From contig CAVVHS010000002.1 in NCBI GenBank assembly GCA_963748215.1, positions 64,001 to 128,000 of the forward strand: a stretch of DNA of 64,000 nt, in the 5' to 3' direction. Made by a program: the position numbers and the translations under genes. Positions 29,188 through 36,179 of this stretch are shown here, piece after piece (position 1 is the stretch's first letter; each line of letters begins with the position of its first letter). The stretch comes from an uncultured Gammaproteobacteria bacterium. Its GTDB lineage: Bacteria > Pseudomonadota > Gammaproteobacteria > UBA9214. The notes under the pieces are model-generated. The model worked only from the letters and a program-made list of their open reading frames with translations, did no database searches and had not been told where the DNA came from.

Positions 29188-29262
29188 ATATAACGTTGGA
29201 ACTCTGCCGTCGCCGAAGGAGCGCCAGCGACGGAGGCGATCTGCAGGAGTGACTTGTTATAC
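29188..29262 (-). repeat. attC (TA-type family)
   Basis: atataacgttggaactctgccgtcgcc...gcaggagtgacttgttatac. Confidence 0.9.
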
Positions 29263-29263
29263 G

Positions 29264-29524
29264 TCACTTAGCTTTTAGCGGGAATTTTTCGGGATTCTCG
29301 ATGGTATCTAAACCCAAGTCGACATCGAGATCGGGCCAATAGAAATGCCCTGGGCTAGGCTCTTCCACATTCAACACTTTTCCAACCGGTGCATCCTTGA
29401 ACCAGGGAAAGTCATCATAAGACATAAATAGCTCTCGGTCCCCGACCAGTATCCATACGCCGTGGCCAGAGATATTTGTAACCTCAATTCCCGAAGTGGC
29501 TATTCCATGCGGCCTTGAACTCAT
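29264..29524 (-). CDS. cassette 7: DUF2442 protein (TA partner)
   Basis: EVTNISGHGVW..FPWFKDA..YWPDLDVDL. Confidence 0.88.
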   Translation of the reverse strand: MSSRPHGIATSGIEVTNISGHGVWILVGDRELFMSYDDFPWFKDAPVGKVLNVEEPSPGHFYWPDLDVDLGLDTIENPEKFPLKAK

Positions 29525-29723
29525 CATAGTGTCCTTCAATGATTCTTTCGATTTCTTTCAACTGTATCTTAGTCAATCTGTAGTTTTTAGCCAACTCCAG
29601 CTTCGGGTCTAACCAGTATTTCGCTTCTCCATCAGCACTATAGATATGCACATGTGGTCGTGATTCTTCCCGGGAAAAGAAAAAGAACCTGTATCCACCT
29701 TCCCTGTGTATCGTCGGACTCAT
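29484..29723 (-). CDS. cassette 7: DUF4160 protein (TA partner)
   Basis: MSPTIHREGGYRFFFFSREESRPHVHI..EAKYWL. Confidence 0.9.
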   Translation of the reverse strand: MSPTIHREGGYRFFFFSREESRPHVHIYSADGEAKYWLDPKLELAKNYRLTKIQLKEIERIIEGHYDEFKAAWNSHFGN

Positions 29724-29739
29724 TCATTTCCCTTGTGAC

Positions 29740-29829
29740 GTATAACGTTTGAGCCAAGCTGCGCCACCACGGACGGAACCGCGAAGCGCCAAAATACTTT
29801 CCAGCGTCGGCTTGGGCGATTTGTTAGCG
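29740..29829 (-). repeat. attC
   Basis: gtataac..ccaagctgcgc..gcgtcggcttgg..gttagcg. Confidence 0.9.
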
Positions 29830-30120
29830 GTCATTTCTACCCTGCCAATAACCAGGTCGACGTCGATGATGAGCAACGGCCACGACCAAAATATAATCTG
29901 GCTCAATCCTATAAATTAGGGAATACGGAAATCTGGCAAGAATGATTCGCCGAAACTCTCCTGCAACTCTCTGGCCGATTTCCGGCTGGTCGCTTAGAAC
30001 TCCAATTATTTTCTCCACCTCTGTAATGAAACCATCGCCGAGTCCGGGTACTTCACCTTCATAATATGCAGTAGTTTCTACAATTTCATCAGATGCAGCT
30101 GGATGAAATACTGCATTCAT
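29824..30120 (-). CDS. cassette 6: RelE/ParE-family toxin
   Basis: FHPAASDEI..YYE..GLG..RFPYSLIY..VAVAHHRRRPGYW. Confidence 0.92.
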   Translation of the reverse strand: MNAVFHPAASDEIVETTAYYEGEVPGLGDGFITEVEKIIGVLSDQPEIGQRVAGEFRRIILARFPYSLIYRIEPDYILVVAVAHHRRRPGYWQGRNDR

Positions 30121-30350
30121 TTGTTGAGCCTTGCCCTCGCCCGCGCAAATACTTCTTCGGCTGGAATAATCTCGACATCTCCCACCTTAACTTCCTTATA
30201 CCGTCGTTCAGCTTCTTCTAGCCATGCTTTTTCGACATCTTCGTCCATACTTCCGTCAAGATCAGCAATCAGAGCCCTTAGCAGATGCATACGATCATCG
30301 ACACTTAACGATCGTATTTCGTTTTCGATATCTTCAATTGTCTTGCCCAT
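30117..30350 (-). CDS. cassette 6: addiction-module antitoxin (TIGR02574-like)
   Basis: LSVDDRMHL..VEKAWLEEAERRY..IPAEEVF. Confidence 0.9.
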   Translation of the reverse strand: MGKTIEDIENEIRSLSVDDRMHLLRALIADLDGSMDEDVEKAWLEEAERRYKEVKVGDVEIIPAEEVFARARARLNK

Positions 30351-30402
30351 AAGCCTTCTCCGAACTGTTGCTGATTAAATATTACTCTGATGTATCAATG
30401 AC

Positions 30403-30489
30403 CGCTAACGTCTCACATCACCGGCAGCAAAAAACAGAGCGAGGGACGAGCGGCGCTTTTTGCTGTCCGAGTGCATGTAATTGTTAGCC
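30403..30489 (-). repeat. attC
   Basis: cgctaac..cagcaaaaa..tttttgctg..gttagcc. Confidence 0.9.
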
Positions 30490-30747
30490 GATTTTTGATT
30501 TAAGCTGCTTCTTTTTTTGTTCACCTATTTCATTCCAATGTTTGTCAATCAAGGCCCCTTCAAACGAATACAGGTAATAACAAACCGGCAACGTTTCTTC
30601 TGGGTATTTTTCTTTAATCATCTGGTGTGCGCCAACCGCACCAACATGCCGTAGTTCATCTTCAGAATAAACACCAATTTCATTTAAGCGGCTGGCAATT
30701 TTTTTGCCGATATTTTTTAGCTCAGTAAGACTTCTATTTCGAGACAT
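30484..30747 (-). CDS. cassette 5: TfoX/Sxy C-terminal domain protein
   Basis: LTELKNIGKKIASRLNEIGV..LRHVGAV..LYSFEGALIDKHWNEI. Confidence 0.85.
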   Translation of the reverse strand: MSRNRSLTELKNIGKKIASRLNEIGVYSEDELRHVGAVGAHQMIKEKYPEETLPVCYYLYSFEGALIDKHWNEIGEQKKKQLKSKIG

Positions 30748-31159
30748 AATCACTTTGATACTCTTCGGTTGGCTCAAAAGATTGAACAATGTCCAAATAG
30801 ACTCCGTTCGGGTCCTGAATACAGAAGTGTCGCTGACCCCAGTCCTCAGAACGCAATTCGAGCGCAATATTAAGCAATTTAGATTTAGCTACGGCGAAAG
30901 CGGCATCTGAATCCTCCACTTCCAAGCTGAAGATGACACCTTCGCCAGAGTGTGGTTTTTGGAATATTGGTGGTTGTGTGGGTTGATCTGGCAGCATAAA
31001 ACCAACCTGAACACCCATACTCGAAACTAGGTGAATATACCAATCACCCGAGAAGACAACATCAAAGCCAAGGTTCTCTGTGTAGAAGGATTTTGCCGCA
31101 TCGAGATCCTTAACGATAAACACGGGAAATGAGCTTTTTGGTTCTATCATTTGTGACAC
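30734..31159 (-). CDS. cassette 5: VOC/glyoxalase family protein
   Basis: KDLDAAKSFYTENLGF, EDWGQRHFCIQDPNG. Confidence 0.9.
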   Translation of the reverse strand: MSQMIEPKSSFPVFIVKDLDAAKSFYTENLGFDVVFSGDWYIHLVSSMGVQVGFMLPDQPTQPPIFQKPHSGEGVIFSLEVEDSDAAFAVAKSKLLNIALELRSEDWGQRHFCIQDPNGVYLDIVQSFEPTEEYQSDYVSK

Positions 31160-31171
31160 CTCCTTTTTTAC

Positions 31172-31252
31172 GGCTAACGCCAGCCATAACCGGCGACAAA
31201 AAGCGGAGCGCAGCGTAGCTTTTTGGTGTCCGTGTTTATGGCATTGTTATGT
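31172..31252 (-). repeat. attC
   Basis: ggctaac..gccataac..gtttatggc..gttatgt. Confidence 0.9.
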
Positions 31253-31261
31253 TCTTTTGTT

Positions 31262-31798
31262 TTACCAGTACACAGGATCATTGAATTCCTTTACGCACAC
31301 AGGACGCTCGTTAATGGTTGGAATTGGCTCATCCGTTAAAGATTGGCCTAACCAGCCAAAAGGCATTGAGAGCTTTAGCGGGGCCTGAATTACATTTTCT
31401 GAAAGCGCCAGAAACCCGACCTTTGAATAAAAGGATGAATCTCCATATGTAACAGCAACATTAGCAGAGCGCCTTTTAAGTTCATTAAGCCCGTAATTGA
31501 TTAATGCCTGACCGATTCCTTTCCCCTGATGTTCAGCGCTTACTGCAACTGGGGCAAGCATGTAAACCTGAATAGGCTTACTAAACTGAAGGCGAGTGAA
31601 GAAAATAGAACCGATGAGTGTTTCATCTTCGTATACGCCGATACAGATTATTTCATTGTTGTCGATGTTTGATGCCAACTGTGAAGAAAGGTTACCAATC
31701 AATTTCCCTTCCTTTTCGCCCTCTGATGAGGTGAATACAGAAGTGAATAGCTCTTCTACCTCTTTTTGTTTTGATTTGTCTAGAATTCGGTGAATCAT
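31262..31798 (-). CDS. cassette 4: GNAT acetyltransferase
   Basis: LAPVAVSAEHQGKGIGQALI, TYGDSSFYSKVGF. Confidence 0.92.
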   Translation of the reverse strand: MIHRILDKSKQKEVEELFTSVFTSSEGEKEGKLIGNLSSQLASNIDNNEIICIGVYEDETLIGSIFFTRLQFSKPIQVYMLAPVAVSAEHQGKGIGQALINYGLNELKRRSANVAVTYGDSSFYSKVGFLALSENVIQAPLKLSMPFGWLGQSLTDEPIPTINERPVCVKEFNDPVYW

Positions 31799-31837
31799 GC
31801 CTTACCTTTCAAGATTACTGCACTTATCGCTTTTGGA

Positions 31838-31927
31838 ACATAACGGTTGAGGCAAGCCGCGCCGCCACGGTAACTACCGCGTAGCGCCACCGTACATTCC
31901 GGCGTCGGCTTCGGCGATTTGTTATGT
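31838..31927 (-). repeat. attC
   Basis: acataac..agccgcgccg..cggcgtcggct..gttatgt. Confidence 0.9.
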
Positions 31928-32176
31928 TGCCAGAAACACCGAAGCAGGCGACTTGCACACCACAACGAAGTCCGGCGACTGAGGGCAAGAATTTCGCCAA
32001 CAGGGTGCAGGAAGAACGAAGCTGCGTTATCACAAACCATCTAACTCCCCCCTCGCTACTGGAGCCATCGTTTACGCAGCGCCAGACAAAGCCACCATCC
32101 AGCCTAAACAATTGCGCGTTTACAACAATACTCAGCAGCGGTCCTTTCAAGCCTCATTCCTGACATGCAACATAAC
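31921..32176 (-). other. cassette 3: apparently ORF-less cassette
   Basis: Bounded by complementary GTTATGTTGC / GCAACATAAC; no ATG ORF filling it and ending at R''. Confidence 0.6.
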
Positions 32177-32229
32177 GTTAAAGCTCAGGCGCGCCGCTTT
32201 TTGGCGTCGACTGAAGCGCTTTGTTAGGC
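32170..32229 (-). repeat. attC
   Basis: acataac..tcaggcgcgcc..ggcgtcgactga..gttaggc. Confidence 0.9.
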
Positions 32230-32348
32230 GTGAATTCAATAGCTGCCCATAGAATAAGCCCAGAATATCGATAGTTGTGATAGATATCAGGTTGGTAGCG
32301 CAGGTTTCTATAAAGGGGTAGCGTCACATTTTATTCTTTTATTTAGAA

Positions 32349-32627
32349 TTAATTATTCTCTGAGCCCGGTTTTTTATCACCAAAGGGATCATCAACTATT
32401 AAATCATAAATAGAGGGTGCATAGGTTAAAACTGCACCTTGAGTTATACCAAGGTTCTGAAATGCATCATGAAGCTGTACTAAAAGTGATGCGTTTTTAG
32501 GCTCTTGCTTTATTGCTTCCAATATTGAGATGAAAGATTTAATGCCCTCTTCTTTAACGTTTGTATTTAACATATGAATTGCTTCTTCAATTCTTGCAAC
32601 ATCTACATTGTCTGTAATATTTTTCAT
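32349..32627 (-). CDS. cassette 2: hypothetical protein (AT-rich)
   Basis: 92-aa ORF, LGITQGAVLTYAP. Confidence 0.75.
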   Translation of the reverse strand: MKNITDNVDVARIEEAIHMLNTNVKEEGIKSFISILEAIKQEPKNASLLVQLHDAFQNLGITQGAVLTYAPSIYDLIVDDPFGDKKPGSENN

Positions 32628-32698
32628 ATATCTTTTTATCCGTTTTTAAACTGTGTTCCGACCTCAGTTTTCACTTACTGAATGTGTACATCTATATT

Positions 32699-32761
32699 GC
32701 CTAACGGTTGAAGCCAGCCGCGCCTGCGAAGCAGGCGTCGGACTGGGCTGATTTGTTATAT
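32699..32761 (-). repeat. attC
   Basis: gcctaac..cgcctgcgaagcaggcg..gttatat. Confidence 0.92.
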
Positions 32762-33157
32762 GCCATTGTAATTACTCTGATAGTACCCGTTGCCATCATT
32801 GCCAAGAATAATTGTGATTGTTCGAGTGTCTACCGGAGGGCATAAATATTTCTTACCTCGGTCGTTTTCAGCAATCTTTTCACATTCAGATTCAACAGAT
32901 TTCACGTCGCCTACTGTGTATCTGAATGATGCCCACACTTCATTAGTATCAATGTTGTGACGTTCTTCTATCTGAGATGCTGAGCTTGGCAAATACCCAG
33001 GAAGCCAACCTGCATCAACAAGGCCAGATGCTTCCATTTCTGCAATTGAGGGAAAACTGGATTTCGGATTCTCTATATACTCCATGTACCTAACACCTCC
33101 CAACACTACTCCAAGCAGCGCAAGAGCAAGGATCACCGATTTAACGAGGTGTTTCAT
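32756..33157 (-). CDS. cassette 1: membrane-anchored hypothetical protein (YbbD-like)
   Basis: N-terminal TM helix; GWLPGYLPSSASQIEERHNIDTNEVWASF. Confidence 0.75.
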   Translation of the reverse strand: MKHLVKSVILALALLGVVLGGVRYMEYIENPKSSFPSIAEMEASGLVDAGWLPGYLPSSASQIEERHNIDTNEVWASFRYTVGDVKSVESECEKIAENDRGKKYLCPPVDTRTITIILGNDGNGYYQSNYNGI

Positions 33158-33159
33158 GG

Positions 33160-33195
33160 CATATAACTACCATTGGGCGAACCATTAACTGTAGT
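33160..33195 (-). other. attI (inferred)
   Basis: GTTATATG at 33167-33160, complementary to cassette 1 R'' (CATATAAC); no attC palindrome upstream; second GTTAATGG 22 bp upstream; adjacent to intI 5' end. Confidence 0.7.
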
Positions 33196-33384
33196 AAAGA
33201 CGAAAGTCGATTCGCGTAACGTGTATTCGTCCTACTTTATTATCAGGCTGTTGAGGTTCCGATATGTACTTTAGGCGGATTTAAAATTTCATGAAATACG
33301 CAAATCCAGGTTCGCATTCTTCCTACAGAATATCCTGATTATCTGAATTACTCTGTTTGCGCCATTTTTTACGCGGACAGATCC

Positions 33385-34347
33385 TTGAAAAAGCCAAGAC
33401 TACTGGATCAGGTGCGTTTGTCTATAAGACGAAAGCATTACAGTCATCGGACCGAGCAGTCCTATATCTACTGGATTCGTTACTACATTCGTTTCAACAA
33501 GCTGCGTCATCCTAGCGAGATGCGTGAGCCCGAAGTCAGGCATTTTCTCGATCACCTGGCCGTGAACCGCAAGGTCTCGGCTTCCACCCAGAATCAGGCG
33601 CTGTGCGCCATCCTGTATTTATATCGCGAAGTCCTGGGCAAGCCACTCGGTATGATAGAGGGTGTCACGCGCGCCCGCCATTCGAAGTACCTGCCGGTGG
33701 TCCTGACCCGCCACGAGGTGGCGGCCGTTCTCGGTCAGATGGAAGGTGTGTGCCATTTGGTGGCCTCGCTGATCTATGGCACCGGCATGCGTGTCACTGA
33801 AGCGGTGACGCTTCGCATTACTGATATCGACTTCGATTACGCACAGATCACCGTGCGCAGTGGCAAGGGTGACAAGGACCGGGTAACTATGCTGCCAGAA
33901 AGCCTGCGTCACCCGCTCTGGGAACACCTGGCAACGGTCCGCGCCATGCATAACGGCGACCTGGACAATGGCTACGGTTACACCTGGCTGCCTTATGCAC
34001 TGGACAGGAAATATCCCAACGCGGAACGTGAGTGAATCTGGCAATACGCGTTCCCGTCGACCTGCATTTCGCCCGACCGCAGTGACGGTGTCCTGCGGCG
34101 CTTTCACATGTCACCACGCACGCTGCAAAAGGCCATGCGCGAGGCCGTCCGGCGTGCCGGGATCAGCAAGCGAGCCGGCCCGCACACCCTGCGGCACACT
34201 TTCGCTACGCACCTGATCGAGGATGGCTACGACATCCGTACCGTACAGGAACTGCTCGGCCACAAGAATGTACGCACCACGCAGATCTACACCCACGTGC
34301 TGAACCGCGGCGGTCGTAGGGTGCGCAGCCCGCTGGATGGGAGCTAA
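33385..34347 (+). pseudogene. intI: integron integrase with one nonsense codon
   Basis: YSHRTEQSY, SASTQNQAL, GMRVTE, GKGDKDR, insert [43 protein letters not shown]; TGA at 34033-34035 where Trp is conserved. Confidence 0.95.
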
Positions 34348-34406
34348 TCCGCAAACAAGGCGTATTAGATACGTTGTAATATACATATTATATACATTTA
34401 CTGTAT

Positions 34407-34682
34407 ATGGACGTTCGCGTGGACCCGGTCAAGGCGGCCGCCAATCGTCACAAGCATGGTGTCAGTTTTGCGGATGCCGAGGCTGTGCTGTTCGACCCTA
34501 TGGCATAGTCGCTGGAAGATCATAATGCACTGGGCGAGCAGCGTTTTATCAGCCTGGGCACGGGCGCAACCGGCGAATTGCTGGTCGTGGTCTATACCTG
34601 GCGTAACGACCATGTTCGACTGATTTCGGCGCGCAGTGCCACCAGGACGGAACAAATCACGTATGAAAAAGGAATATCACTT
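34407..34682 (+). pseudogene. BrnT-family toxin, inactivated
   Basis: DPVKAAANRHKHGVSFADAEAVLFDPMA*SLED..GEQRF..LLVVVYTWR..VRLISARSAT; TAG at 34506-34508; expected terminal TGA reads TCA. Confidence 0.8.
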
Positions 34683-34914
34683 CAGCAAGGCACGCCGTGG
34701 TGCCGTGGCATCCGGCAAGGGCAAGACACGCATTACCATATACCTGGATGACGACGTGCTGGCCGCATTTCGCACCCTGGCCGAGAAATCCGGGCGCGGC
34801 TACCAGACGATAATCAACGAAGCACTCGGCGAATACCTCGCCAACGCGCCGCGCCCGGTCGATGCCGCGACCTTGCGGCGTATCCTGCGCGAGGAGCTGA
34901 AAAAGTTCTCCTGA
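34663..34914 (+). CDS. BrnA-family antitoxin
   Basis: KTRITIYLDDDVLAAFR..GYQTIINEAL. Confidence 0.9.
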   Translation: MKKEYHFSKARRGAVASGKGKTRITIYLDDDVLAAFRTLAEKSGRGYQTIINEALGEYLANAPRPVDAATLRRILREELKKFS

Positions 34915-34924
34915 AAGGCCCCGG

Positions 34925-35791
34925 TCAGGGATTCGCGAACAGTCCGCGTTTTTCGCGGAACAGCGCGGAGATGTCCTCGTCACCGAAACCGGCCTGCATC
35001 AGGCGGCGGTAGTGAATCAGCGTCATCTCGACCACCGGCATGGCCACGCCGAGCTCGGCCGCCATCGCCTTGCAGATGGCCAGGTCCTTGTGATGCAGCG
35101 CGACGCGAAAGCCGGGTTCGAATTTACCCTTGCTCATGCTAGGGCCGCGATGGGACAGGAACCAGTTGCCGGCCGCGCCGCTGCCGACCACCTCGATGAC
35201 CTTGTCGAGCGGCAGCCCGAGCGCCTCGGCAAAGGCCAGTGCCTCGGTCACCGCCTGATTGATGCCGGCGGCCATCACCTGGTTGACCGCCTTGGTGGCC
35301 TGCCCGGCCCCGACCGGGCCCATGTGTTCGACACGCCCGGCGATGCTGTCCAGCGCCGGGCGAATGCGCTCCAGGACGTGTTCGTCGCCGCCGACCATCA
35401 TGGCCAGCGTGCCGTTGCGGGCGCCCTCGATACCGCCGGAGACCGGGGCGTCGAGAAAGGCCGCCACGGAATGCAGCGTGGCGGCGGCCTGCTGCGCGGT
35501 CGCGCGGCTGACAGTGGAGGTATCGAGCACCACGGCATTGTCCTGCAGGCCCGGCTGCAATGCCGCGATCACTTCCAGCAGGTCGGCATCGGCCGACACC
35601 GACAGGATGACCAGCTCGCAGGTTCGCGCGAGTTCAGCCGGGGACCCGGCAACATGCACACCGGTATCGGCTTGCAGTTGCGCGGCCTTGTCCGCGCTGC
35701 GGTTCCAGATCGAAACGAGGTAGCCGGCCGCGTGCAGGTTGCGCGCCATCGGCGCACCCATGGCCCCGAGGCCGATGATACCGGTTTTCAT
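34925..35791 (-). CDS. NAD(P)-dependent oxidoreductase (3-hydroxyisobutyrate dehydrogenase family)
   Basis: IGLGAMGAPMA, DAPVSGG, GAGQATKAVNQ, HHKDL. Confidence 0.93.
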   Translation of the reverse strand: MKTGIIGLGAMGAPMARNLHAAGYLVSIWNRSADKAAQLQADTGVHVAGSPAELARTCELVILSVSADADLLEVIAALQPGLQDNAVVLDTSTVSRATAQQAAATLHSVAAFLDAPVSGGIEGARNGTLAMMVGGDEHVLERIRPALDSIAGRVEHMGPVGAGQATKAVNQVMAAGINQAVTEALAFAEALGLPLDKVIEVVGSGAAGNWFLSHRGPSMSKGKFEPGFRVALHHKDLAICKAMAAELGVAMPVVEMTLIHYRRLMQAGFGDEDISALFREKRGLFANP

Positions 35792-35839
35792 GGAATATCC
35801 TCCTTTGCAATCCAAATGGAGTAGTCAGCGGATTTTAAG

Positions 35840-36100
35840 TCCCGTCAGGCGGAGCCGAGCACCGCAGTCATCTTGAGAAACAGCGAGCCGCCGTGTCGAG
35901 CTGGATTTGCTAGCCGGAAGGCGCGGCAAATCCTGCGAGTTCGGTGAGCGCTCAAGATGACGAGAAGCGCAGGTCAAGGCTGCGAAGCGGCCTTGTATAT
36001 TCAGGTGTCTTGGCAACCAAGTCTCCGGGTCCGCCATTCTTTCGGGTACTTTTCTTTGGTGGAGCAAAGAAAAGTAACTCGCCCGACAGGGCGAAACCCG
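35840..36100. repeat. structured non-coding element (nested hairpins)
   Basis: Six stems, including gtcatcttgag/ctcaagatgac and tacttttctttg/caaagaaaagta. Confidence 0.6.
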
Positions 36101-36179
36101 ATGTTGAGGCGCTCACAAGCCAGCAATTCGCGCAGGCCTGCGCTCCTGCCACAATAAGCCAGCCATCGGGTACGAACCG

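Larger units (their letters stand above)
12432..34347. mobile_element. integron: intI, attI and about 34-cassette array (array on minus strand)
   Basis: IntI with integron-specific insert, divergent from a run of short genes each followed by an RYYYAAC...GTTRRRY imperfect palindrome; lower GC than flanks. Confidence 0.95.

Noticed and set aside
19048-31798. GNAT cassettes as aminoglycoside resistance genes
   Set aside because: Motifs are YhbS-like general acetyltransferases; nothing specific to AAC families was recognised.
33240-33385. LexA box and Pc promoter upstream of intI
   Set aside because: No CTGT-N8-ACAG match and no convincing -35/-10 pair could be read.
17129-34035. Stop-codon reassignment suggested by stops at probable Trp positions (34033 TGA, 23668 TGA, 17129 TAG)
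   Set aside because: Both TGA and TAG are involved, TGG is used normally in the same genes, and TGA/TAG terminate many intact genes; single G-to-A changes explain them.
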